A stretch of 64,000 nt of DNA from the human T2T-CHM13v2.0 reference genome, Homo sapiens, in assembly GCF_009914755.1 (NCBI RefSeq), contig NC_060929.1. One strand, written 5' to 3'. This document shows, one piece after another, positions 1 to 11,310 of the stretch. The translations under genes and the position numbers were made by a program. The first letter of the stretch is position 1. The number at the start of each line of letters is the position of its first letter. Under the pieces are notes generated by a model that was given only the letters and a program-made list of their open reading frames with translations, was not told where the DNA came from and did not search any database.

Positions 1-190
1 TGTTCAAGCACCTGCTACTTGGGAGGCAAGATACTAGATGCCTCACATACATTTTCTTATTGAATGCTTATGATTATTCTATGTGATAAGTCTCTGTAGC
101 CTTAACTCAGAGCTCAGTGAAGATAAGTAATCTTCACACATAGACACACAGATTTTAAGTGGCAGAACCAGGATTTGGACTCATTTTTGC
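1..190 (-). mobile_element. MIR SINE (inside arm A)
   Basis: Reverse-complement MIR core (aagtaatcttcacacatagacacacagattttaagtggcagaaccaggatttggac). Confidence 0.7.
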
Positions 191-883
191 GTTTGCTATT
201 AACAAGTAATTACAGCGATTGAGAATCAGGTCATAGCATGGTCAACCGATGACAGAGGATCAATGTATTCAGCAGACACATAGGCTGTGTTTAGTACTTG
301 TCCCAAGAGGAAAGGAGCAGGCACTGGGTGGAGAACAACAATGCCTGGTTGAGAAGGCAGGCAAGGCTTCAGGAGGAGGGGAGGTTTGGTTTGGTTCCTA
401 GGGAACCTAGGAGTGGGCTCCTGAAGCAGGTGGTGAGGACAAAGGCCTGGAGACCAGGCTGGGGCAGCCAGGAGGGGCCCACAGAGAAGGCGTGTGACGC
501 CTGGGACCCTGAGCAGGAATTCCAGCAACTCTTTGCCCTTCTCCTTTCTTTGTACACACTCCCTTTTCCTGTGGGCTCCCTGCTGTCCTTCTCCTTGTGC
601 CAGGAACCGGTTTGGAAAGCCATCCCCCTTAGGAGTCTCTCAGTGTTGCAGAGAAGAAAGAAAGATGGTGATGACGTAGGCATCCTTCACTTCACACTGA
701 AAATCTATCTACTTTTAGATGACTTTTTCCCCAAAATGCAATGGGTTTTTTTTTTTTTTTTTGGTTCTGTTATAAAAGCAATTCCTACTCATTACAGAAG
801 AATCAAATTCTTTAGAAAAGCACAAAGAAGGGGGAAAAAATCCACCACCTCATCACCTGGAGAAAACCACAGTCAAAATTTTA
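1..883 (+). repeat. Inverted duplication, arm A (may extend left of the window)
   Basis: Collinear with the reverse complement of 5656-6522, e.g. tcccaagaggaaaggagcaggcactgggtggagaa in both; roughly 85-90% identity by eye with small indels; paired near-identical ORFs in the track (298..993+ vs 6014..6226- and 5348..5962-). Confidence 0.95.
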
Positions 884-1569
884 CATCCATAAGAAACGAG
901 GTTTTGATGTTCAAAGGCTTGAACCCACATGTAATACTCAAGGTAGGGAAAGGAGCAATGTTCTGTTTATCTCTGCATTCCCACAGCACCTGACCGAGGC
1001 CCTGGAACACACAGGCTTGCCAATAAACCTGTGTAAACAGCAGCTCACAAGCCCTGCCCCAGCTGCTTTTCCTCTCAGGCTTCCAGAAGGCCCTCAAATG
1101 AAGGGCATATGCTTTGCCAAGTTTATCAGTTTGAAGTGTGCCAGCTGAAATGTAAGCTGAGTTGTGCGGGGCGGGGGGACAGGAACTGCAGAGTGTGTGG
1201 GGCAGTCAGGAATAGGATTTTTATGGGAAGAGGAAATTAAGAATGTGCCACAGAAGGTGCCCTGGTGAGGTCTGCAACATGGGAAACCAGCAGGTTTGGT
1301 AAGGGAGGCAGCTTCCCCCCACTGGGTGAGCAAAGCAGATTGTCTTTTCAATTGAGGAGCAAGACCCCCTGCTGCTCTGGACCAGTGGCCCATGTACCAT
1401 GTGAATACCACCAGAAGGGCCTCTCTACAGAGAGGAGAGTGGATGCACTGCCCAGGCTCTACCGTGAGTGGCTGTGTGACATCAACAAGTCACTTAATCT
1501 GTGTCTCAGCTTCCTCTTCTGCCAGTGGGGGCTGTGACTGCACCTACTTTGTATGTTCGGCAGGGGAGA

Positions 1570-2160
1570 GTGCATCAGCTTCCTAGGGTGGCTTTAACAA
1601 AGTACCATAAACTGGGGGCTTAAACCGCACAAACTTAGTCTCTCAGTTTCGGAGGCTGGAAATCCAAAACCAAAGCGTTGGCAGAGCCACATTCCCTCTG
1701 AAAGCTGTAGGGGAGAACCCTCCCCTGCCCCTTCCTAGCTTCAACTATTAATTTACCCATAGCTTCAATTACACTCATCATTCCAATTTTATTAACCACC
1801 CTCGAATTTGCTGTAGCCCTTATTCAGGCTTATGTCTTTACACTGTTAGTAAACTCTCTCCTTACATAACACATAATGACCCACCAAACTCATGCTTATC
1901 CCATGATAAGCATCTAGTGGTTGTCGGCCACCCTGGGTGTTTGCCTGAAGGCAGTACTTCACCCTCTGCCTTGAACGGCACTCTCACCCCGTGTGTCTGT
2001 GCCCCGTGTCTCTTCTCCCTGCATAAGGATGTCTGCCATATAGGATTCAGCCCCATCCTGCTTATCTTATCCTAACTTGATTACATCTGTAAAGACCTCA
2101 TTTCCAAAGGTGGTCACATTCATAGATGCCAGAGGTTAAGACTTATTCAATGCATGGCCT
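1570..2160 (-). mobile_element. MLT1-family (MaLR) solo LTR, split by a NUMT
   Basis: aacaaagtaccataaactgggggcttaaa...ggaggctggaaatccaaa...cttcctagct, resuming tctagtggttg...gattacatctgtaaagacctcatttccaaaggtggtcacattc. Confidence 0.8.
1741..1908 (+). pseudogene. NUMT: 3' end of mitochondrial ATP6 plus start of COX3
   Basis: With the mitochondrial code reads STINLPMASITLIIPILLTTLEFAVALIQAYVFTLLV, then the overlapping TAATG stop/start at 1874-1878 and MTHQTHAY (COX3 N-terminus). Confidence 0.93.
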
Positions 2161-2459
2161 AGAGACTCCCTGAGATAGGGCTGGAGAAACTCACCTGGCC
2201 ACCGGAAGTGCTCCACGGGATGTCAGCCACTCTGCTGTAATCAACAACACCGACAGGTTTCGGGATGGCCATTCTTAACATTTAATCTACACCATCTCCT
2301 TGTCCTCACAGCTTAATGGCCATTTAATTATGATCTCCGCTGTAAAAACACGCCTTCTCATTTAGGCTGCACCCAGTCCTACTGCCTTCACACCCAGCTC
2401 AACTCCAGTTCCTCCGTGCAAACTTCTTCACTCAAGGCAGCCAGAGTTCCCCTGAACTA

Positions 2460-3590
2460 GAGGCAGCCATGCTGTGAGGTTAAGAGAGCCTCAGGTCTCC
2501 TTCTTGTGCATGCTCCTTCCAAGATCTCGGGGCAGGCCCTAGCAATGCATTCACATGGATATATGTTTGCATACAATGTGCAAAAGTAAGATCTTTTAAC
2601 AACAATTAGTTAAGACCTCTCTCTTTCTATCTCACCTTGTTCCAGGTAGCACTGGAATCCAGCTAAGAGGTGGGGATGTATTCAAGGAGGATTCAGTAGG
2701 GTGGACTGTGTAGTTGGTGGTCACTTCTGTGTATAGTTAGAATTACTGCTAGTCACCATGGCGTGGAAATGGCTTTCAGGAACTCACAGTAACACTTAAG
2801 AATGGGGCGAGAAGTCATGTGACAAGAGGAACACGTCATACAGTGCACAGCACTGGAAGTCCAGGAAGGTGGAGGAGAAACAAGTTCTGAAACCTATAAA
2901 GCCAGAATCTAACCTGTGGCACAACCTGCCAGTTATCAGACGCATAAAACCACCATGGGGGTTTGGTGCTCGTTGCTGCCTGTTTAAAATGGAAGTTCTC
3001 ATCCAATAGGAGTGTCCCCGATAACGCAGCATGTACAATCACAAATGCTCATGCTTTGTTCCTCTATCTCTGGGTGGGAGTCACATGACACAGAATTAAT
3101 TAGATTCCCTGTGCTTGAGGGGAGCAGTATGACAAGCGGTGAGCAGGGGACATCTGTGTAGGAAGTTGTGTGCTTTCTTTGTCCAATTATCAAAAATAAA
3201 AAGCAAATTTCCTCAGCCATGCTAGAGGAAAGACTGAATTATCTTTTCAATCTCTCAGTAGAGAAAGATTACAAAATTGATGTCATATAAAGAGACAACC
3301 AAAAAGTATACAGCAAAAAACATAACATATGGGGAAATTTTATTATAAAGCCGTGTTGGGCAGTTAATTCACAATGTAAATCTGTTTTCTTTTTTTTTTC
3401 AGACCCGACCATGTTTGTAATGTGCATAGCTCTTTAAAGTTTATAATTTTGTGATTATTTATTTTCTCAGCCTAAACAACACATAATTTTACTCCTAAGC
3501 GTGTATATATAATTCTGTGGGGATTTTTTATAAAGAAGGCCACTATGTCATACAAGCTTTAGGCCCCACAAAATCTGGGTGCACCCATGT
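2460..3590 (+). mobile_element. hAT-Tip100 DNA transposon fossil (Zaphod/MER115-like)
   Basis: Frameshifted hAT C-terminal dimerisation motif at ~3188-3320 (LSKIKSKF/SAMLEERLNYLFNLSVE/ITKLMSYKETTKKYTAK); end caagctttaggccccacaaaatctgggtgcaccc; left boundary uncertain. Confidence 0.6.
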
Positions 3591-4419
3591 TTGAACAACT
3601 GCAATCTCTGAGTTTACTGCTCTCTCTGGAAAATCCAGTGGTCTTAGAATGCACTAAGCACACACAGAACCCTCCGGTAGGCCCATCCTGATGTCAGACT
3701 CCACCCTTACCCAACTCTAGTCCTTGCTAGTTGCTAGTTGTTTATCTAACCTATTTGAGCCTCAATGCTCTTGCCTGTAAAATGAGGATTGTTTATATGG
3801 TAGTGTACATATCCAACGCCCAGTAAATATTTGTTAAGTTTCCACACACTAGGAGATAAAGATACAATTATGTACAAAAGCAAGACATGATCCTTATTCT
3901 CACAGGACAAAGCTGGAGGCAGGCCTTTGCTGATGGAAGAGCCCAGCCACTTAACTGCCGTCTCCAAAATCATTTCTAACTACCAAACATACATACCCAT
4001 AAGCCACAATGGCACAGTTTTGATTTACCTACTTTTCTCCAAGAACTGTTTATGCTCTCAGCCAGGGAGAAAAAACACGGCCCCACCATACAGCTAAAGC
4101 TCTCAGCCAACATGTTCTGCCACACCATCATGAGCCAATTCAATTCTGCTGCACTATGCTGAAGCTTCTCTTCTCACCATTTTTTTTGTGTTCTGGTCCA
4201 TGGTTTTTACCCATTGTGGGTAACACTCATAATGGTTTGCAAAAGTTGTCTAGCAAAGGAAGAATCTGGCACATGATGCTAAAATGCCAATTTCCCAGAT
4301 AAAAACCTACAGAACACAGAGCAAAGGCCAGCAGGCTTTTAGTCATTGGTGACCACTTCGGTGACTTAGAGAGCACATCATAAAAACTGCTGCAGCCTGG
4401 ATGGACTGCCCTGCAGTTG

Positions 4420-4593
4420 TCAGAAATTGAGAGTATAATAGGCAAAGATGGATGCCTGACATGGCCTTGAGGACTTTGCCTGGAAGGGTGACTGCCAACA
4501 TCTGAAGACTAGAACGCTGTGCTGCAGGGGCTCAAGTGTCATGACCTTGCATAGTGCTGACTCAGTGAACACTTTCGTTTCCAGGAACACATC
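4420..4593 (-). other. Possible terminal exon (DVFLETK...YTLNF*)
   Basis: Acceptor ggtttagtgcag| (weak pyrimidine tract), phase-0 frame open to TGA; minus-strand AATAAA at 3458-3463; no recognised homology. Confidence 0.2.
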
Positions 4594-4659
4594 CTGCACT
4601 AAACCAGGTATGCATTTCCATAATGACAAAACAAGGTAAATGTCCAAAAGAAATGAATG

Positions 4660-4880
4660 TGATGCCATGAGCCATGAAGATTAAAATGATGATATACACA
4701 AAGGGCTGAGCACAGTGCCTGGCAGTTAGTAAATGCTCAACAAACAGCAGGTGCTGTTAGCCTTCCTATTATCTCCCCTATTGAACTTTACTACAGAGCA
4801 GGAGCAATGTCCTATAGTTCTTTGTATTCCCAACTGGACTTCAGCCAGTGCAGGGCATACAAAAGTACTAAAAAGATATC
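4660..4880 (+). mobile_element. MIR 3' end followed by L2 3' end
   Basis: agcacagtgcctggcagttagtaaatgctcaa; then ttctttgtattccc...cagtgcagggcatac. Confidence 0.55.
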
Positions 4881-4939
4881 ATCTCATTAATTCTACCAAG
4901 ATTTTTCAGACACACAAAGCCTTTGGACTAAGTTGACTG

Positions 4940-5441
4940 ATTCTCATCCTTACCAGTCATCTGCCTATTTGATCTCAGAACAATTCCTGGCTCTGCCTCT
5001 CCTCTGCTCTGCTCTGTATCAGAGAGAAAAGCATTTCTCATTCTCCTTTGACCTCTGGCTGCAGCAAGGCAGCTTTGTCCAGTGGGAGGCCCAGATGGAA
5101 TGTTGGAAGGTAGAAAACCAGAAGCCAGGGCATTTCTCCCCAGCTTCCCCTGCTTTGAGGGGCACCTCAGCAGTGAGAGAGCAGTGCCATGCATCTCTTC
5201 CAGGGCCCCGGTTCCAAAGGACAGCATATCTGCGGTTCCAGCTCCTACCAGAAGGCCCTGGCTCCTGGCCTCTGGTATCATCACTGCCTCCTCCCGTGTG
5301 ACCCCTAGCCCAGGGGTGGTAGCAATTTCTTGCTCCTCTCAGCTCTTTCATCTCCTGTGTAACCAATTCCCTGTATAAAATATTTTCCATTTAAAACACC
5401 TATTATGGGTCTGTTTTCCTGATTGGACCCTGACAGATACA
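4940..5441 (+). mobile_element. LTR33-like ERVL solo LTR
   Basis: 3' end tgtaaccaattccctgtataaaa...ctgttttcctgattggaccctgacagataca; internal agaagccagggcatttctccc. Confidence 0.7.
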
Positions 5442-5459
5442 CCATCTAAAGAAGAATTT

Positions 5460-5785
5460 TTATACAACCATCCTATGGAGTACTCAGCAGCCATTAGAAA
5501 CAATGATACATATCTAAACATACTGATGTATAAAGATGACTGAGGGTTATGGTGAAGAGAACCAGAAGACAGTGAAACAGTGTTATACCCAGAGAGCAGA
5601 CGTTGAGAAGTATGCACATTTACACACTTAAAAAAAATGACTGGAGAAATATACATAACATTTTGACTGTGGTTATCTCCAGGTGGTGAGATGCTGGATT
5701 TTTTCCCCCTTCTTTGTGCTTTTCTAAAGAATTTGATTATTCTGTAATGATTAGGAATTGCTTTAATATCAGAACAAAAAAAAAT
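5460..5785 (+). mobile_element. L1ME-type 3' end
   Basis: atggagtactcagcagccattagaaacaatg...actgtggttatctccaggtggtgag, then an A-rich tail. Confidence 0.65.
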
Positions 5786-6522
5786 TTCCCATTGCATTTT
5801 GGGGAAAAAGTCATCTAAAAGTAGATAGATCTTCAGTGTGAAGTGAAGGATGCATACATCATTGCCATCTTTCTTTCTCCTCTGTAACACTGAGAGACTC
5901 CCAAGGGGAACAGCTTTCCAAACTGGTTCCTGGCACAAGGAGAGGGGCAGCAGAGAGCCCATAAGAAAACTGTATGGATAAGGAGAAGGGCAAAGAGTTC
6001 CTGGAATTCCTGCTCAGGGTCCCAGGTGCCAGGCACCTCCTCTGTGGGCTCCTCTTGGCCGCCCCAGCCTGGTCTCCAGGCCTTTGTCCTCACCACCTGT
6101 TTCAGGAGCCCACTCCAGCTCCCTAGGAACCAAACCAAACCTCCCCTCCTCCTGAAGCCTTGCCCACTTTCTCAGCCAGGCATTGTTATTCTCCACCCAG
6201 TGCCTGCTCCTTTCCTCTTGGGACATGCACTAAACACATCCTATGTGTCTGATGAGTACATTGATCCTCTGTCATGGGTTGAGTGCGCTATAACCTGATT
6301 CTCACTCACTGTAATTATCTGTTAATAACAAACTCAAAAATGAGCCCAAATCCTGGTCCTGCCACTTAAAATCTGTGTTTCTACGTGTGCAGATTACTTA
6401 TCTTCGCTGAGCTCTAAGTTAAGGCTACAGAGACTTATCACATAGAACGATCCTGAGGATTAAATAAGAAAATGCATGTGAAGCATCTAGTATCATGCCT
6501 CCCAAGTAGGAGGTGCTCAAAC
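5656..6522 (-). repeat. Inverted duplication, arm B
   Basis: Reverse complement aligns to 1-883; includes MIR(+) at ~6340-6522. Confidence 0.95.
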
Positions 6523-6719
6523 AGTGAGTACCCCCCATTCAATTTATAGTTTCTACTTTTCCAAGAGGGTCTGACATATCACATGTCATAGGCATTCTAT
6601 AAATAGTTGTTACTTAATGTCTCTTTTTCCACATATACATCATTAATCTAGTTACCGAGGAACCTTCACTCAAAATTGCTTGCCTCTTTGTACAATAACC
6701 CCAGAGGCACAAAAGCCTA

Positions 6720-6950
6720 AAGAGAGCATAGACTTTCAAGCCAGGATCCTGTGATTCTTCCAATTCAGGTGGCACCACTCACTAGCTGTGTGTCTCAGCC
6801 AAGTTACTGAACCTCTCTGAGCCAGTTCTGTAGAATGGAAAAGACATTACCTTCTTCAAAAGGAGTCTTAAAAGGATTAAATGAGAAAACGTAGGCGCAA
6901 AGTGCTTAACACAGCTCCCAGCATGGGCAGTCTCTATAAATAGAAGTTCC
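6720..6950 (+). mobile_element. MIR
   Basis: ccactcactagctgtgtgtctcagccaagttactgaacctctctgagcc...ggattaaatgag...gtgcttaacacag. Confidence 0.8.
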
Positions 6951-8309
6951 TGTCTCTCCCATTTAAATGAATGGCACCAAGCTTTTCTGAGCTCAGGAAA
7001 AAAGTAAGCAGACCTCGCTGTAATTATAAACACCACAGCATAATGGCATCCAGGTGGAACCATGCTAGTGTCATCCTCATTTAAGAATTTTATATCGTCT
7101 ACTGAGTTATTAGCTATAAGAAGCCATTCCCCAGAGGAGACTACAGTTGAAATAATTGTTTTGAAGAAAGTAGGGTGGATCAACATGCCAGAATCATTAA
7201 TCATCAAAACAGCAACATATACTTGATGAGCTGGCCTCTGTGGAACTTGCTTTCTGTGACGAAAGGAGAATTTGCACAAAAATCTCCAGCCCTGTCATCC
7301 AACAACTCTTTGGCATTTTTCCTATATCTGCCCTGTTCCACTCAAACAAAGTGGGAATCTGCATCTGAAAATGACAGTTCCAATGGAGGATGGACCTCAT
7401 CATTAATTGCTGCAAAGCTGCAAGGGTTTAATGGGTTTATTAATGAATTAATAATTTGGAGAACACTTACTGGCTATTTTCTACTGAATAACATCCATGT
7501 AAAACTGCAAAAGCCACCCAGGAAATGAGAAACTATGATGCTGAACAGAAGAAAAAGCTACCTCCCCCAGATGCAGGTAACACACAGCTTTAAAATCAAT
7601 TTGACCCTCATGACAAAGGAACAGAAGGACTGCTCAATTTCCTAACACAGGCACCCTCTGTGAGGGAACAGGCCTTGGGGAACCCTTCTCTCATTCAAGA
7701 GCAAACCTCCGGAAGGCCAGTCTGAAAATCTATGTGTTTTCCTCTTAAAAAGCACATTTCCAAATGGGTACTAGGATCTCAGGCCACAAGGTAGAGCCTC
7801 TGAGTGTTGGTTTAACAAACAGAGATAATCCAAAAGGGATAAATTCAAAGTCATCTCTTTTCCCCATTGGCTTCAGAATGTCATGGTTTAATTTTAACCA
7901 GAACAAAAGCACTGATCCCAGAAAAAAAAAGATGAATCTTCTGGATACCTACTATGTGCTAAGCACCTCCCTACATTCTCTTGTTGAGGGGTGGGAAGGA
8001 GGGTGACTGCAAATTTCTGTCTGTTCCTGAGCCACCATGCTAATGTTTGGTTTTCAATCTGGACCGCATATTAAAACCACCTGGGGAGTATTAAAACATA
8101 CCACTGTCTTGGATACCTTACAAATGTTCTTCTTCCATAAATAATTACAACAAGCATATATAACAGATAAGGATATTCCCACTCTGTTAAACCTCAGTTT
8201 CTTCATCTGCAAGCATAAGTAATGTGTCCAACATAATTTTAAATAATTTCAAACTATCTACTCCGCTCTTTTCCTTCAGTCTAATCTTTACACACACATA
8301 AGCACATGT

Positions 8310-8650
8310 GTACACTTTTATTGACTTTTCTCCTTTTGATAAATATCATGTATACTCTGAAAAATATATAAATATGTAAAAATTTTAAAATAATCACCTG
8401 AAAGCAGAACTCCCAGGAAGAATCACTGTTAACATTTTGATGTCTGCCTAGTCAGTCTTTTTGTATACTGTTTTTTAATTATGAAAGAATAGGATAAGTC
8501 TGTACCCAGTCTTTTGTAACCTGCTTTTTACACTTAATAAAGCATGAACTTTGCTTCATATCATTAAATATTCTACAGCATCATTTTAGTGGCTGCCTAG
8601 CATCGCAGTGTATGCCTGTGCCCTAATTTACTTAGCTCGCCTGAATTAAT
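8310..8650 (-). mobile_element. L1ME-type 3' end
   Basis: aatcactgttaacattttgatg...ttgtaacctgctttttacacttaat...ttttagtggctgcctagcat. Confidence 0.6.
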
Positions 8651-11099
8651 TAGGCTTTACTGTCTGACAAAAGTTAGTCTTCCATTTCTATCCCCAAACT
8701 AGAAAAATCAGGTACCCAGGTATTTGAAAATGTGGAGACACTTTCATTGCTTGGCACGTAGCTCCATTAATATGCCAATTCTTTCGGGTACTTCTTTTTC
8801 AAAGAGATCCTAGACACATCTCATTTCAATAAATGCCTGGAAACCCCCTAGGGGATGGCTCAATATTCAAACTCAACTCCCTTAAATCCCTAGCAGCAGA
8901 GCTGGCCTGAAAGAGCTTACCATGCCTGGTCCCAGGCAGCCTGCTGTCAGGAGAGGTGGAGAGGGAAGGAATGTCACAGGTTCCAGACTCCAGGGTCTGG
9001 CCTAGTCTTGGGACCTCAGAGGGTCATGGATCTGCTTGATCTCATCCCCACAGCACTCAAATGAGAGAGACCTCCTCCAGGAGGGTTGGAGAATAAAGCA
9101 AAAAATTGCTGAGGCCTTCAGGAAAACCATGCCATAAACAGTCAAAACCCTTTGTCACCACACTGGTGAGGAAGGACCAGAATTTTGGTTGTTTTTTTTA
9201 AATTTTTTGTTGTTGTTGTTTTCTCTTAATTTAAATTCAGATGCTGGGTTACGAATTATATTATTCCAAGAAGTGCCAATGCAGGAGCCCACAGCTGTCA
9301 GGAATCTGGGGTGGTTTAGGTTGGAATGTGTGCTCTTTCAGGAGCAGCAGGCCCATCCTTCAAGCACACAGTGAGTAGGGTACAGTGGATAGGGTACAGT
9401 GGACAGGAAAGCACCCACAGGGGCTGTGTATAGAGGTTCTGAAAAGAGATGCTCTCTCTGCCCCAAAATCCTACTTCTATCTCTCTCCCATCATCCCCAT
9501 CCAGTAAATTGTCCACTTGCAGGAGATTCCTTTGTGTTAGGAGGACTTCTTTGAAGACTAAATGCTACTGGAGGAGGAATGCCCACTTCTGTGTAGATCT
9601 GAAGGATGACAGCTACCATCAGGCCACAGTCAACCAGGGACAGGCCCATTTTCCTACTGGCAGGTAAACATGAATCCCAACCAGGAGTATCCTGGGTTGC
9701 TGTCTTCCCCGTGCAGCTCCTACAGTAAAAGAAAGGCTAGACCCAGGAGAACACAATGCCACCTACTTGGGGTAACAGAGGGTGGGGTTAAGTTACCTGG
9801 ACCAAAATGTGTCCCTACCATCCATTCCCAAAAGTGCCTGAAATTCCCACAGTTAGAGTCTCTCCTAAAAGCCCAGTGGAGATGTGTGTGTTTTAATAAA
9901 CATAAAGCATTATACTTTTGGAGCAACACATAAGCCAGTCCCTGCTATACTCATTAATTCTATTAGCCTTATTGATAGGACACTACAATCATTTAGTTGG
10001 AAGTAGGGATGAGGTATGGGCACACAGAAGAGCCAGACATTGACAGGACAAAAAGATTAAAGAGAAGAAAAGTAAAGCCCAGCATTTTGCTTCAGAAAGT
10101 GTCTTACCTGCTGCAAGGGGTGGTCTCAGGAAATCATCAGGGCACAGGCCGGGCACCTGTGACATCCACCCAAAACAAGGACACCAGCAGCCTCAGAAGG
10201 GATCCATAGGAGAGTCACAGGCTCCAGCCTGCCTCCTACCTCCTCTTAAAATGAACCTGACCCCATTCTTCTAAGCTCCCAGAACATATTGCTACTTTGC
10301 ACAAATATAGATGCTCTGGGGAAAACAATCATCCAAGTCTATCCAAGCTACAACCCACTGCTTGGCCAGGAGGCCACCCTACCCTACCCAGCTGCTGCCT
10401 ATAGTTCTTCCAGAGCTCCTTGGACCAAGGGCATTTACAAAAGGGTTGCATTCATGCATGACAGGAAAAGGAACCATTTTCCTACCTAGCTCTTTCTGAT
10501 CATATACTGCAAGGCTCCACATCCTGGGGGAAATGAAGAACCCCTTTATAAATGCTTCCCACAGAAGAGAGCAGCAGCAGAACTGACATACGCTCACAAC
10601 AGGGAGATAAGGAGACTCTGGCTAGAGCCTGCTTTTTGTGTTCCCAGATGGTCCTGCACCACACCCACCTGCAGACATCCAAGCTCTCCTCCCATCGTCC
10701 TCTCAGAGCTCCTTGTCTCTAGATCATCTCAATTCAGTTTGGCCTCAAGCTCTGAGCTCTACCCCTCAGGCTTTCCTGCCCAGGGGCTTTATCCCAGTTA
10801 ACCCTCCATTTCTCCCCAGCCCCTCCCCAGCCTGACAGTCTCTGAGGACAAGCAGTGCCCATCTCATTTCCTTTTCTTGGCTCATTTTAATTAACAAGGC
10901 AACCAGGCACATCACTGCTCATCAGTGAATAAGGACCAGAAAACATCATTCTCTCACATGATACTGGGACAATTCTTACTTTCTAATACCAGTTCAAAGG
11001 CCTCCAAACTCCAGCCTCACAAACGCTACCATCTCTGCACTCTAGTATCTCCACCAGCTTCTGTGGGCTTGATTTAGAAGTGACACATGATTCCACAGA

Positions 11100-11310
11100 A
11101 GGAAGACAGGACTTGGCACATAACAAACCTGTACTGCAACCCCAGTTCTTCCAATGACAAGCTTTCTGAGTCTCATTTTCCTCACCTGTACAACAGAGAT
11201 AATAAAACCTGCTTTGGGGATTTTCAAAAAATTAATTAGAAATGCCATCTATAAAGCACCCAGCAGAGTGCCAGGAACACACACTCTGTTCTCTATGAAA
11301 AGTAGCCAGT
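11100..11310 (+). mobile_element. MIR
   Basis: ctgagtctcattttcctcacctgtac...taaagcacccagcagagtgccaggaacac. Confidence 0.65.

Noticed and set aside
298-993. Longest ORF (231 aa) with a paralogue in arm B
   Set aside because: Starts at TTG, runs through a poly-T tract and antisense L1ME, and is broken by frameshifts in the other arm; only the 72-nt unit is kept as a candidate
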